From: Eledone cirrhosa
Lineage: Eukaryota
Length of the DNA stretch: 64,000 nt
Assembly (NCBI GenBank): GCA_964016885.1
Contig: OZ024742.1
Coordinates: 163,060,001 to 163,124,000, forward strand
Direction: 5' to 3'
The notes beneath the pieces were generated by a model. That model saw only the letters and a program-made list of their open reading frames with translations. It was not told the origin of the DNA and did no database searches. Below are positions 38,601 through 53,234 of the stretch, piece by piece. The position numbers and the translations under genes are program-made. Numbering within the stretch: position 1 is the stretch's first letter; the number at the start of each line of letters is the position of its first letter.

Positions 38601-41600
38601 GTTAGAAATTACCTCTCCTTGGACTGCTGGAAAATATGTCTCCTTGGACGGCTGGAAATTATCTCCCCTTGGACGGCTGGAAATTATCTCCCCTTGGACG
38701 GCTGGAAATTATCTCTCCTCGGACGACTAGAAATTACCTCTCCTTGGACAGCTGAAAATTATCTCCCCTTGGACGGCTGGAAATTATCTCCCCTTGATTT
38801 TTTTTACAAATTATCTCCCCCTGATTTTTTTTACAAATTATCTCCCCCTGATTTTTTTTACAAATTATCTCCCCCTGATTTTTTTACAAATTATCTCCCC
38901 CCGATTTTTTTTACAAATTATCTCCGCCTAATTTTTTTAAATATTATCTTCCCTTGGCTGGCGGGAAATTATCTCCCCTTGGACGGCTGAAAATTATCTC
39001 CCCTTGGACGGCTGGAAATTATCTCCCCTTGATTTTTTTACAAATTATCTCCCCCTGATTATTTTTTACAAATTATCTCCCCCTGATTTTTTTTTACAAA
39101 TTATCTCCCTCTGATTTTTTTTACAAATTATCTCACCTTGGCTGGCTGGAAATTATCTCCCCTTGGAGGCTGGAATTTATCTCCCCTTGGACGGTTAGAA
39201 ATTACCTCTCCTTGGACTGCTGGAAAATATGTCTCCTTGGACGGCTGGAAATTATCTCCCCTGGGACGGCTGGAAATTATCTCCCCTTGGACGGCTGGAA
39301 ATTATCTCTCCTCGGACGACTAGAAATTACCTCTCCTTGGACAGCTGAAAATTATCTCCCCTTGGACGGCTGGAAATTATCTCCCCTTGATTTTTTTTAC
39401 AAATTATCTCCTCCTGATTTTTTTTACAAATTATCTCCCCCTGATTTTATTTTACAAATTATCTCCCCCTGATTTTTTTTACAAATTATCTCCCCCTGAT
39501 ATTTTTTACAAATTATCTCCCCCTGATTTTTTTACAAATTTTCTCCCCTTGGCTGGCTGGAAATTATCTCCCCTTGGAGGCTGGAATTTATCTCCCCTTG
39601 GACGGCTAGAAATTACCTCGCCTTGGACGGCTGGAAAATATGTCTCCTTGGACGGCTGGAAATTATCTCCCCTTGGACGGCTGGAAATTATCTCCCCTTG
39701 GACGGCTGGAAATTATCTCCCCTTGGACGGCTAGATATTACCTCCCCTTGGACGGCTGGAAATTATCTCCCCTTGATTTTTTTTACAAATTATCTCCCCC
39801 TGATTTTTTTTTACAAATTATCTCCCCCTGATTTTTTTTTACGAATTATCTCCCCCTGATTTTTTTTTACAAATTATCTCCGCCTGATTTTTTTTAAAAA
39901 ATTATCTCCCCTTGAACGGCTGGAAATTATCTCCCCTTGGACGGCTGGAAATTATCTCCCCTTGGACGGCTAGAAATTACCTCTCCTTGGACGGCTGAAA
40001 ATTATCTCCCCTTGGACGGCTGCAAATTATCTCCCCTTGATTTTTTAACAAATTATCTCCCCCTGATTTTTTTTTACAAATTATCTCCCCCTGATTTTTT
40101 TTTACAAATTATCTACGCCTAAGTTTTTTTACAAATTATCTCCCCCTGATTTTTTTTTACAAATTATCTCCCCCTGATTTTTTTTACAAATTATCTCCCC
40201 CTGATTTTTTTTTACAAATTATTTCCCCCTGATTTTTTTACAAATTATCTCCCCCCTGATTTTTTTTACAATCTCCGCCTGATTTTTTAAAAAATTATCT
40301 TCCCTTGGCTGGCGGGAAATTATCTCCCCTTGGACGGCTGGAAATTATATCCCCTTGGACGGCTGGAAATTACCTCCCCTTGGACAGCTGGAAATTATCT
40401 GCCCTTGATTTTGTTTTTACAAATTATCTCCCCCTGATTTTTTTTACAAATTATCTCCACCTGATTTTTTAAAAAATTATCTCCCCTTGGACGGCTGGAA
40501 ATTATCTCCCCTTGATTTTTTTACAAATTATCTCCACCTGTTTTTTTTTACAAATTATCTCCCCCTGATTTTTTTTACAAATTATCTCCCCCTGATTTTT
40601 TTTTTACAAATTATCTCCCCCTGATTTTTTTACAAATTATCTCCCCCTGATTTTTTTTACAAATTATCTCCGCCTGATTTTTTTAAATATTATCTTCTCT
40701 TGGCTGGCGGGAAATTATCTCCCCTTGGACGGCTGAAAATTATCTCCCCTTGGACGGCTGGAAATTATCTCCCCTTGATTTTTTTTACAAATTATCTCCC
40801 CCTGATTTTTTTTTACAAATTATCTCCCCCTGATTTTTTTTTACAAATTATCTCCCCCTGATTTTTTTTTACAAATTATCTCCCCCTGATTTTTTTTACA
40901 AATTATCTCCCCCTGATTTTTTTACAAATTATCTCCCCTTGGCTGGCTGGAAATTATCTCCCCTTGGAGGCTGGAATTTATCTCCCCTTGGACGGCTAGA
41001 AATTACCTCTCCTTGGACGGCTGGAAAATATGTCCTTGGACGGCTGGATATTATCTACCCTTGGACGGCTGGAAATTATCTCCCCTTGGACGGCTGGAAA
41101 TTATCTCCCCTTGGACGGCTAGATATTACCTCCCCTTGGACGGCTGGAAATTATCTCCCCTTGATTTTGTTTACAAATTATCTCCCCCTGATGTTTTTTT
41201 ACAAATTATCTCCCCCTGATTTTTTTTTACAAATTATCTACCCCTGATTTTTTTTTACAAATTATCTCCCCCTGATTTTTTTTACAAATTATCTCTCCCT
41301 GATTTTTTTTTACAAATTATCTCCCCCTGATTTTTTTTTACAAATTATCTACCCCTGATTTTTTTTTACAAATTATCTCCCCCTGATTTTTTTTACAAAT
41401 TATCTCCCCCTGATTTTTTTTACAAATTATCTCCCCCTGATTTTTTTACAAATTATCTCCCCCCGATTTTTTTTAAAAATTATCTCCGCCTAATTTTTTT
41501 AAATATTATCTTCCCTTGGCTGGCGGGAAATTATCTCCCCTTGGACGGCTGAAAATTATCTCCCCTTGGACGGCTGGAAATTATCTCCCCTTGATTTTTT

Positions 41601-42000
41601 TACAAATTATCTCCCCCTGATTATTTTTTACAAATTATCTCCCCCTGATTTTTTTTTACAAATTATCTCCCTCTGATTTTTTTTACAAATTATCTCCCCT
41701 TGGCTGGCTGGAAATTATCTCCCCTTGGAGGCTGGAATTTATCTCCCCTAGGACGGTTAGAAATTACCTCTCCTTGGACTGCTGGAAAATATGTCTCCTT
41801 GGACGGCTGGAAATTATCTCCCCTTGGACGGCTGGAAATTATCTCCCCTTGGACGGCTGGAAATTATCTCTCCTCGGACGACTAGAAATTACCTCTCCTT
41901 GGACAGCTGAAAATTATCTCCCCTTGGACGGCTGGAAATTATCTCCCCTTGATTTTTTTTACAAATTATCTCCCCCTGATTTTTTTTACAAATTATCTCC
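35645..42000. repeat. 3154-bp tandem duplication
   Basis: ORF pairs 35984/39138, 36233/39387, 36783/39937 and 37785/40939 differ by 3154, and 38545/41700 by 3155. Shared variants: CTCACCTTGG, CTCCTCCTGA and CCTGTTTTTT. Confidence 0.92.
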
Positions 42001-44500
42001 CCCTGATTTTTTTTTACAAATTATCTCCCCTGATTTTTTTTACAAATTATCTCCCCCTGATATTTTTTACAAATTATCTCCCCCTGATTTTTTTACAAAT
42101 TATCTCCCCTTGGCTGGCTGGAAATTATCTCCCCTTGGAGGCTGGAATTTATCTCCCCTTGGACGGCTAGAAATTACCTCGCCTTGGACGGCTGGAAAAT
42201 ATGTCTCCTTGGACAGCTGGAAATTATCTCCCCTTGGACGGCTGGAAATTATCTCCCCTTGGACGGCTAGATATTACCTCCCCTTGGACGGCTGGAAATT
42301 ATCTCCCCTTGATTTTGTTTACAAATTATCTCCCCCTGATTTTTTTTTTCAAATTATCTCCCCCTGATTTTTTTTTACAAATTATCTACCCCTGATTTTT
42401 TTTTACAAATTATCTCCCCCTGATTTTTTTTACAAATTATCTCTCCCTGATTTTTTTTTACAAATTATCTCCCCCTGATTTTTTTTTACAAATTATCTAC
42501 CCCTGATTTTTTTTTACAAATTATCTCCCCCTGATTTTTTTTACAAATTATCTCCCCCTGATTTTTTTTACAAATTATCTCCCCCTGATTTTTTTACAAA
42601 TTATCTCCCCCCGATTTTTTTTACAAATTATCTCCGCCTAATTTTTTTAAATATTATCTTCCCTTGGCTGGCGGGAAATTATCTCCCCTTGGACGGCTGA
42701 AAATTATCTCCCCTTGGACGGCTGGAAATTATCTCCCCTTGATTTTTTTACAAATTATCTCCCCCTGATTATTTTTTACAAATTATCTCCCCCTGATTTT
42801 TTTTTACAAATTATCTCCCTCTGATTTTTTTTACAAATTATCTCCCCTTGGCTGGCTGGAAATTATCTCCCCTTGGAGGCTGGAATTTATCTCCCCTAGG
42901 ACGGTTAGAAATTACCTCTCCTTGGACTGCTGGAAAATATGTCTCCTTGGACGGCTGGAAATTATCTCCCCTTGGACGGCTGGAAATTATCTCCCCTTGG
43001 ACGGCTGGAAATTATCTCTCCTCGGACGACTAGAAATTACCTCTCCTTGGACAGCTGAAAATTATCTCCCCTTGGACGGCTGGAAATTATCTCCCCTTGA
43101 TTTTTTTTACAAATTATCTCCCCCTGATTTTTTTTACAAATTATCTCCCCCTGATTTTTTTTTACAAATTATCTCCCCTGATTTTTTTTACAAATTATCT
43201 CCCCCTGATATTTTTTACAAATTATCTCCCCCTGATTTTTTTACAAATTATCTCCCCTTGGCTGGCTGGAAATTATCTCCCCTTGGAGGCTGGAATTTAT
43301 CTCCCCTTGGACGGCTAGAAATTACCTCGCCTTGGACGGCTGGAAAATATGTCTCCTTGGACGGCTGGAAATTATCTCCCTTTGGACGGCTGGAAATTAT
43401 CTCCCCTTGGACTGCTAGATATTACCTCCCCTTGGACGGCTGGAAATTATCTCCCCTTGATTTTTTTTACCAATTATCTCCCCCTGATTTTTTTTTACAA
43501 ATTATCTCCCCCTGATTTTTTTTTACAAATTATCTACCCCTGATTTTTTTTTACAAATTATCTCCCCCTGATTTGTTTTACAAATTATCTCTCCCTGATT
43601 TTTTTTTACAAATTATCTCCCCCTGATTTTTTTTTACAAATTATCTAACCCTGATTTTTTTTTACAAATTATCTCCCCCTGATTTTTTTTACAAATTATC
43701 TCCCCCTGATTTTTTTTACAAATTATCTCCCCCTGATTTTTTTACAAATTATCTCCCCCCGATTTTTTTTACAAATTATCTCCGCCTAATTTTTTTAAAT
43801 ATTATCTTCCCTTGGCTGGCGGGAAATTATCTCCCCTTGGACGGCTGAAAATTATCTCCCCTTGGACGGCTGGAAATTATCTCCCCTTGATTTTTTTACA
43901 AATTATCTCCCCCTGATTATTTTTTACAAATTATCTCCCCCTGATTTTTTTTTACAAATTATCTCCCTCTGATTTTTTTTACAAATTATCTCCCCTTGGC
44001 TGGCTGGAAATTATCTCCCCTTGGAGGCTGGAATTTATCTCCCCTTGGACGGTTAGAAATTACCTCTCCTTGGACTGCTGGAAAATATGTCTCCTTGGAC
44101 GGCTGGAAATTATCTCCCCTGGGACGGCTGGAAATTATCTCCCCTTGGACGGCTGGAAATTATCTCTCCTCGGACGACTAGAAATTACCTCTCCTTGGAC
44201 AGCTGAAAATTATCTCCCCTTGGACGGCTGGAAATTATCTCCCCTTGATTTTTTTTACAAATTATCTCCCCCTGATTTTTTTTTACAAATTATCTCCCCC
44301 TGATTTTATTTTACAAATTATCTCCCCCTGATTTTTTTTACAAATTATCTCCCCCTGATATTTTTTACAAATTATCTCCCCCTGATTTTTTTACAAATTA
44401 TCTCCCCTTGGCTGGCTGGAAATTATCTCCCCTTGGAGGCTGGAATTTATCTCCCCTTGGACGGCTAGAAATTACCTCGCCTTGGACGGCTGGAAAATAT
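41070..44500. repeat. 1148-bp unit repeated about three times in tandem
   Basis: Identical block starts at 41700, 42848 and 43996. The 197-aa pseudo-ORFs lie at 41774/42922. TTGATTTTGTTTAC occurs at 41161 and 42309. Confidence 0.88.
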
Positions 44501-45380
44501 GTCTCCTTGGACGGCTGGAAATTATCTCCCCTTGGACGGCTGGAAATTATCTCCCCTTGGACGGCTGGAAATTATCTCCCCTTGGACGGCTAGATATTAC
44601 CTCCCCTTGGACGGCTGGAAATTATCTCCCCTTGATTTTTTTTACAAATTATCTCCCCCTGATTTTTTTTTACAAATTATCTCCCCCTGATTTTTTTTTA
44701 CGAATTATCTCCCCCTGATTTTTTTTTACAAATTAACTCCGCCTGATTTTTTTTTTAAAATTATCTCCCCTTGAACGGCTGGAAATTATCTCCCCTTGGA
44801 CGGCTGGAAATTATCTCCCCTTGGACGGCTAGAAATTACCTCTCCTTGGACGGCTGAAAATTATCTCCCCTTGGACGGCTGCAAATTATCTCCCCTTGAT
44901 TTTTTAACAAATTATCTCCCCCTGATTTTTTTTTACAAATTATCTCCCCCTGATTTTTTTTTACAAATTATCTACGCCTAACTTTTTTTACAAATTATCT
45001 CCCCCTGATTTTTTTTTACAAATTATCTCCCCCTGATTTTTTTTACAAATTATCTCCCCCTGATTTTTTTTTACAAATTATTTCCCCCTGATTTTTTTAC
45101 AAATAATCTCCCCCCTGATTTTTTTTACAATCTCCGCCTGATTTTTTAAAAAATTATCTTCCCTTGGCTGGCGGGAAATTATCTCCCCTTGGACGGCTGG
45201 AAATTGTATCCCCTTGGACGGCTGGAAATTACCTCCCCTTGGACAGCTGGAAATTATCTGCCCTTGATTTTGTTTTTACAAATTATCTCCCCCTGATTTT
45301 TTTTACAAATTATCTCCACCTGATTTTTTAAAAAATTATCTCCCCTTGGACGGCTGGAAATTATCTCCCCTTGATTTTTT
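43200..45380. repeat. Segment duplicated at ~51400-53575 (offset 8196-8197)
   Basis: ORF pairs 43349/51546, 43996/52193, 44408/52605 and 44796/52992. The variant GATTTGTTTTAC is shared (~43570/~51767). Confidence 0.82.
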
Positions 45381-45949
45381 TACAAATTATCTCCCCCTAA
45401 TTTTTTTTACAAATTATCTCCCCCTGATTTTTTTTTTACAAATTATCTCCGCCTGATTTTTTTAAATATTATCTTCCCTTGGCTGGCGGGAAATTATCTC
45501 CCCTTGGACGGCTGAAAATTATCTCCCCTTGGACGGCTGGAAATTATCTCCCCTTGATTTTTTTTACAAATTATCTCCCCCTGATTTTTTTTTACAAATT
45601 ATCTCCCCCTGATTTTTTTTTACAAATTATCTCCCCCTGATTTTTTTTTACAAATTATCTGCCCCTGATTTTTTTTACAAATTATCTCCCCCTGATTTTT
45701 TTACAAATTATCTCCCCTTGGCTGGCTGGAAATTATCTCCCCTTGGAGGCTGGAATTTATCTCCCCTTGGACGGCTAGAAATTACCTCTCCTTGGACGGC
45801 TGGAAAATATTTCTCCTTGGACGGCTGGATATTATCTACCCTTGGACGGGTGGAAATTATCTCCCCTTGGACGGCTGGAAATTATCTCCCCTTGGACGGC
45901 TAGATATTACCTCCCCTTGGACGGCTGGAAATTATCTCCCCTTGATTTT

Positions 45950-48900
45950 TTTTACAAATTATCTCCCCCTGATTTTTTTTTTACAAATTATCTCCCCCTG
46001 ATTTTTTTACAAATTATCTCCCCCTGATTTTTTTTACAAATTATCTCCGCTTGATTTTTTTAAATATTATCTTCCCTTGGCTGGCGGGAAATTATCTCCC
46101 CTTGGACGGCTGAAAATTATCTCCCCTTGGACGGCTGGAAATTATCTCCCCTTGATTTTTTTTACAAATTATCTCCCCCTGATTATTTTTTACAAATTAT
46201 CTTTCCCTGATTTTTTTTTACAAATTATCTCCCCCTGATTTTTTTACAAATTATCTCCCCCTGATTTTTTTACAAATTATCTCCCCTTGGCTGGCTGGAA
46301 ATTATCTCCCCTTGGAGGCTGGAATTTATCTCCCCTTGGACGGCTGGAAATTATCTCTCCTTGGACGGCTAGTAATTACCTCTCCTTGGACGGCTGGAAA
46401 ATATGTCTCGTTGGAGGGCTGGAAATTATCTCCCCTTGGACGGCTGGAAATTATCTCCCCTTGGACGGCTGGAAATTATCTCTCCTTGGACGGCTAGAAA
46501 TTACCTCTCCTTGGACGGCTGAAAATTATCTCTCCTTGGACGGCTGGAAATTATCTCCCCTTGGACGGCTAGATATTACCTCCCCTTGGACGGCTGGAAA
46601 TTATCTCCCCTTGATTTTTTTTACAAATTATCTCCCCCTGATTTTTTTTACAAATTATCTACACCTGATTTTTTTACAAATTATCTCCCCCTGATTTTTT
46701 TTACAAATTATCTCCGCCTCATTTTTTTAAATATTATCTTCCCTTGGCTGGCGGGAAATTATCTCCCCTTGGACGGCTGAAAATTATCTCCCCTTGGACG
46801 GCTGGAAATTATGTCCCCTTGATTTTTTTTACAAATTATCTCCCCCTGATTTTTTTTTACAAATTATCTCCCCCTGATTTTTTTTTACAAATTATCTCCC
46901 CCTGATTTTTTTTTACAAATTATCTCCCCCTGATTTTTTTTACAAATTATCTCCCCTTGGCTGGCTGGAAATTATCTCCCCTTGGAGGCTGGAATTTATC
47001 TCCCCTTGGACGGCTAGAAATTACCTCTCCTTGGACGGCTGGAAAATATGTCCTTGGACGGCTGGATATTATCTACCCTTGGACGGCTGGAAATTATCTC
47101 CCCTTGGACGGCTGGAAATTATCTCCCCTTGGACGGCTAGATATTATCTCCCCTTGGACGGCTGGAAATTATCTCCCCTTGATTTTTTTTACAAATTATC
47201 TCCCCCTGATTTTTTTTACAAATCTAATGATTTTTTAAAAAAAATTATCTCCCCTTCGCTGGCTGGAAATTATCTCCCCTTGGACGCTGGAAATTATAGC
47301 CCCTTGGAGGGCTGGAAATTATCTTCCCTTGGACGGCTGGAAATTATCTCCCCTTGGCTCGAAATTATCTCCCCTTGGACGGCTAGAAATTATCTCTCTT
47401 TGGACGGCTGGAAATTATCTCCCTTTGATTTTTTTTACAAATTATCTCCCCCTGATTTTTTTTACAAATCTCCCCCTGATTTTTTAAAAAAAATTATCTC
47501 CCCTTCGCTGGCTGGAAATTATCTCCCCTTGGACACTGGAAATTATAGCCCCTTGGAGGGCTGGAAATTATCTTACCTTGGACGGCTGGAAATTATCTCT
47601 GCTTGATTTTTTTTACAAATTATCTCCCCCTGATTTTTTTTTTACAAATTATCCCCCCCGATTTTTTTTACAAATTATCTCCCCCTGATTTTTTTTACAA
47701 ATTATCTTCCCTTGGACGGCTGGAAATTATCTCCCCTTGGACGGCTGGAAATTATCTCTCCTTGGACGGCTAGAAATTACCTCTCCTTGGACGACTGAAA
47801 ATTATCTCCCCTTGGACGGCTGCAAATTATCTCCCCTTGATTTTTTTTACAAATTATCTCCGCCTGATTTTTTTTTAAAAATTATCTCCCCTTGGACGGC
47901 TGGAAATTACCTCCCCTTGGACGGCTGGAAATTATCTCCCCTTGGACGGCTAGAAATTACCTCTCATTGGACGGCTGAAAATTATCTCCCCTTGGACGGC
48001 TGGAAATTATCTCCCCTTGATTTTTTTACAAATTATCTCCCCCTGATTTTTTTTACAAATTATCTCCCCCTGATTTTTTTTTTACAAATTATCTCCCCCT
48101 GATTTTTTTACAAATTATCTCCCCCTGATTTTTTTTACAAATTATCTCCGCCTGATTTTTTAAATATTATCTTCCCTTGGCTGGCGGGAAATTATCTCCC
48201 CTCGGACGGCTGAAAATTATCTCCCCTTGGACGGCTGGAAATTATCTCCCCTTGATTTTTTTTACAAATTATCTCCCCCTGATTTTTTTTAACAAATTAT
48301 CTCCCCCTGATTTTTTTTACAAATTATCTCCCCCTGATTTTTTTTTACAAATTATCTGCCCCTGATTTTTTTTACAAATTATCTCCCCCTGATTTTTTTA
48401 CAAATTATCTCCCCTTGGCTGGCTGGAAATTATCTCCCCTTGGAGGCTGGAATTTATCTCCCCTTGGACGGCTAGAAATTACCTCTCCTTGGACGGCTGG
48501 AAAATATTTCTCCTTGGACGGCTGGATATTATCTACCCTTGGACGGGTGGAAATTATCTCCCCTTGGACGGCTGGAAATTATCTCCCCTTGGACGGCTAG
48601 ATATTACCTCCCCTTGGACGGCTGGAAATTATCTCCCCTTGATTTTTTTTACAAATTATCTCCCCCTGATTTTTTTTTTACAAATTATCTCCCCCTGATT
48701 TTTTTACAAATTATCTCCCCCTGATTTTTTTTACAAATTATCTCCGCCTGATTTTTTTAAATATTATCTTCTCTTGGCTGGCGGGAAATCATCTCCCCTT
48801 GGACGGCTGAAAATTATCTCCCCTTGGACGGCTGGAAATTATCTCCCCTTGATTTTTTTTACAAATTATCTCCCCCTGATTTTTTTTTACAAATTATCTC

Positions 48901-50030
48901 CCCCTGATTTTTTTTTACAAATTATCTCCCCCTGATTTTTTTTTACAAATTATCTCCCCCTGATTTTTTTTACAAATTATCTCCCCCTGATTTTTTTACA
49001 AATTATCTCCCCTTGGCTGGCTGGAAATTATCTCCCCTTGGAGGCTGGAATTTATCTCCCCTTGGACGGCTAGAAATTACCTCTCCTTGGACGGCTGGAA
49101 AATATGTCCTTGGACGGCTGGATATTATCTACCCTTGGACGGCTGGAAATTATCTCCCCTTGGACGGCTGGAAATTATCTCCCCTTGGACGGCTAGATAT
49201 TACCTCCCCTTGGACGGCTGGAAATTATCTCCCCTTGATTTTTTTTACAAATTATCTCCCCCTGATTTTTTTTTACAAATTATCTCCCCCTGATTTTTTT
49301 TTACAAATTATCTACCCCTGATTTTTTTTTACAAATTATCTCCCCCTGATTTTTTTTACAAATTATCTCTCCCTGATTTTTTTTTACAAATTATCTCCCC
49401 CTGATTTTTTTTTACAAATTATCTACCCCTGATTTTTTTTTTACAAATTATCTCCCCCTGATTTTTTTTACAAATTATCTCCCCCTGATTTTTTTTACAA
49501 ATTATCTCCCCCTGATTTTTTTACAAATTATCTCCCCCCGATTTTTTTTACAAATTATCTCCGCCTAATTTTTTTAAATATTATCTTCCCTTGGTTGGCG
49601 GGAAATTATCTCCCCTTGGACGGCTGGAAATTATCTCCCCTTGATTTTTTTTACAAATTATCTCCCCCTGATTTTTTTTTACAAATTATCTCCCCCTGAT
49701 TTTTTTTTAAGAATTATCTCCCCCTGATTTTTTTTTACAAATTATCTCCGCCTGATTTTTTTTTAAAAATTATCTCCCCTTGAACGGCTGGAAATTATCT
49801 CCCCTTGGACGGCTGGAAATTATCTCCCCTTGGACGGCTAGAAATTACCTCTCCTTGGACGGCTGAAAATTATCTCCCCTTGGACGGCTGCAAATTATCT
49901 CCCCTTGATTTTTTAACAAATTATCTCCCCCTGATTTTTTTTTACAAATTATCTCCCCCTGATTTTTTTTTACAAATTATCTACGCCTAAGTTTTTTTAC
50001 AAATTATCTCCCCCTGATTTTTTTTTACAA
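45950..50030. repeat. Segment duplicated at ~54700-58100 (offset 8746) and ~59530-63610 (offset ~13579)
   Basis: ORF pairs 46287/55033, 46957/55703, 48177/56923 and 48415/57161 differ by 8746. Pairs 49013/62592 and 49805/63384 differ by 13579. Shared variants: GGAAATCATC, CCCTCGGACGGCTGAAA and TTAAGAATTATC. Confidence 0.87.
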
Positions 50031-53000
50031 ATTATCTCCCCCTGATTTTTTTTACAAATTATCTCCCCCTGATTTTTTTTTACAAATTATTTCCCCCTGA
50101 TTTTTTTACAAATTATCTCCCCCCTGATTTTTTTTACAATCTCCGCCTGATTTTTTAAAAAATTATCTTCCCTTGGCTGGCGGGAAATTATCTCCCCTTG
50201 GACGGCTGGAAATTATATCCCCTTGGACGGCTGGAAATTACCTCCCCTTGGACAGCTGGAAATTATCTGCCCTTGATTTTGTTTTTACAAATTATCTCCC
50301 CCTGATTTTTTTTACAAATTATCTCCACCTGATTTTTTAAAAAATTATCTCCCCTTGGACGGCTGGAAATTATCTCCCCTTGATTTTTTTACAAATTATC
50401 TCCCCCTGATTTTTTTTACAAATTATCTCCCCCTGATTTTTTTTTTACAAATTATCTCCCCCTCATTTTTTTACAAATTATCTCCCCCTGATTTTATTTT
50501 ACAAATTATCTCCCCCTGATTTTTTTTTACAAATTATCTACCCCTAATTTTTTTTTCAAATTATCTCCCCCTGATTTTTTTTACAAATTATCTCCCCCTG
50601 ATTTTTTTTTTACAAATTATCTCCCCCTGATTTTTTTACAAATTATCTCCCCCTGATTTTTTTTACAAATTATCTCCGCCTGATTTTTTTAAATATTATC
50701 TTCTCTTGGCTGGCGGGAAATTATCTCCCCTTGGACGGCTGAAAATTATCTCCCCTTGGACGGCTGGAAATTATCTCCCCTTGATTTTTTTTACAAATTA
50801 TCTCCCCCTGATTTTTTTTTACAAATTATCTCCCCCTGATTTTTTTTTACAAATTATCTCCCCCTGATTTTTTTTTACAAATTATCTCCCCCTGATTTTT
50901 TTTACAAATTATCTCCCCCTGATTTTTTTACAAATTATCTCCCCTTGGCTGGCTGGAAATTATCTCCCCTTGGAGGCTGGAATTTATCTCCCCTTGGACG
51001 GCTAGAAATTACCTCTCCTTGGACGGCTGGAAAATATGTCCTTGGACGGCTGGATATTATCTACCCTTGGACGGCTGGAAATTATCTCCCCTTGGACGGC
51101 TGGAAATTATCTCCCCTTGGACGGCTAGATATTACCTCCCCTTGGACGGCTGGAAAATATGTCTCCTTGGACGGCTGGAAATTATCTCCCCTTGGACGGC
51201 TGGAAATTATCTCTCCTCGGACGACTAGAAATTACCTCTCCTTGGACAGCTGAAAATTATCTCCCCTTGGACGGCTGGAAATTATCTCTCCTTGATTTTT
51301 TTTACAAATTATCTCCCCCTGATTTTTTTTTACAAATTATCTCCCCCTGATTTTTTTTTACAAATTATCTCCCCCTGATTTTTTTTACAAATTATCTCCC
51401 CCTGATATTTTTTACAAATTATCTCCCCCTGATTTTTTTACAAATTATCTCCCCTTGGCTGGCTGGAAATTATCTCCCCTTGGAGGCTGGAATTTATCTC
51501 CCCTTGGACGGCTAGAAATTACCTCGCCTTGGACGGCTGGAAAATATGTCTCCTTGGACGGCTGGAAATTATCTCCCCTTGGACGGCTGGAAATTATCTC
51601 CCCTTGGACGGCTAGATATTACCTCCCCTTGGACGGCTGGAAATTATCTCCCCTTGATTTTTTTTACAAATTATATCCCCCTGATTTTTTTTTACAAATT
51701 ATCTCCCCCTGATTTTTTTTTACAAATTATCTACCCCTGATTTTTTTTTACAAATTATCTCCCCCTGATTTGTTTTACAAATTATCTCTCCCTGATTTTT
51801 TTTTACAAATTATCTCCCCCTGATTTTTTTTTACAAATTATCTACCCCTGATTTTTTTTTACAAATTATCTCCCCCTGATTTTTTTTACAAATTATCTCC
51901 CCCTGATTTTTTTTACAAATTATCTCCCCCTGATTTTTTTACAAATTATCTCCCCCCGATTTTTTTTACAAATTATCTCCGCCTAATTTTTTTAAATATT
52001 ATCTTCCCTTGGCTGGCGGGAAATTATCTCCCCTTGGACGGCTGAAAATTATCTCCCCTTGGACGGCTGGAAATTATCTCCCCTTGATTTTTTTACAAAT
52101 TATCTCCCCCTGATTATTTTTTACAAATTATCTCCCCCTGATTTTTTTTTACAAATTATCTCCCTCTGATTTTTTTTACAAATTATCTCCCCTTGGCTGG
52201 CTGGAAATTATCTCCCCTTGGAGGCTGGAATTTATCTCCCCTTGGACGGTTAGAAATTACCTCTCCTTGGACTGCTGGAAAATATGTCTCCTTGGACGGC
52301 TGGAAATTATCTCCCCTGGGACGGCTGGAAATTATCTCCCCTTGGACGGCTGGAAATTATCTCTCCTCGGACGACTAGAAATTACCTCTCCTTGGACAGC
52401 TGAAAATTATCTCCCCTTGGACGGCTGGAAATTATCTCCCCTTGATTTTTTTTACAAATTATCTCCCCCTGATTTTTTTTTACAAATTATCTCCCCCTGA
52501 TTTTATTTTACAAATTATCTCCCCCTGATTTTTTTTACAAATTATCTCCCCCTGATATTTTTTACAAATTATCTCCCCCTGATTTTTTTACAAATTATCT
52601 CCCCTTGGCTGGCTGGAAATTATCTCCCCTTGGAGGCTGGAATTTATCTCCCCTTGGACGGCTAGAAATTACCTCGCCTTGGACGGCTGGAAAATATGTC
52701 TCCTTGGACGGCTGGAAATTATCTCCCCTTGGACGGCTGGAAATTATCTCCCCTTGGACGGCTGGAAATTATCTCCCCTTGGACGGCTAGATATTACCTC
52801 CCCTTGGACGGCTGGAAATTATCTCCCCTTGATTTTTTTTACAAATTATCTCCCCCTGATTTTTTTTTACAAATTATCTCCCCCTGATTTTTTTTTACGA
52901 ATTATCTCCCCCTGATTTTTTTTTACAAATTATCTCCGCCTGATTTTTTTTAAAAATTATCTCCCCTTGAACGGCTGGAAATTATCTCCCCTTGGACGGC

Positions 53001-53234
53001 TGGAAATTATCTCCCCTTGGACGGCTAGAAATTACCTCTCCTTGGACGGCTGAAAATTATCTCCCCTTGGACGGCTGCAAATTATCTCCCCTTGATTTTT
53101 TAACAAATTATCTCCCCCTGATTTTTTTTTACAAATTATCTCCCCCTGATTTTTTTTTACAAATTATCTACGCCTAAGTTTTTTTACAAATTATCTCCCC
53201 CTGATTTTTTTTTACAAATTATCTCCCCCTGATT

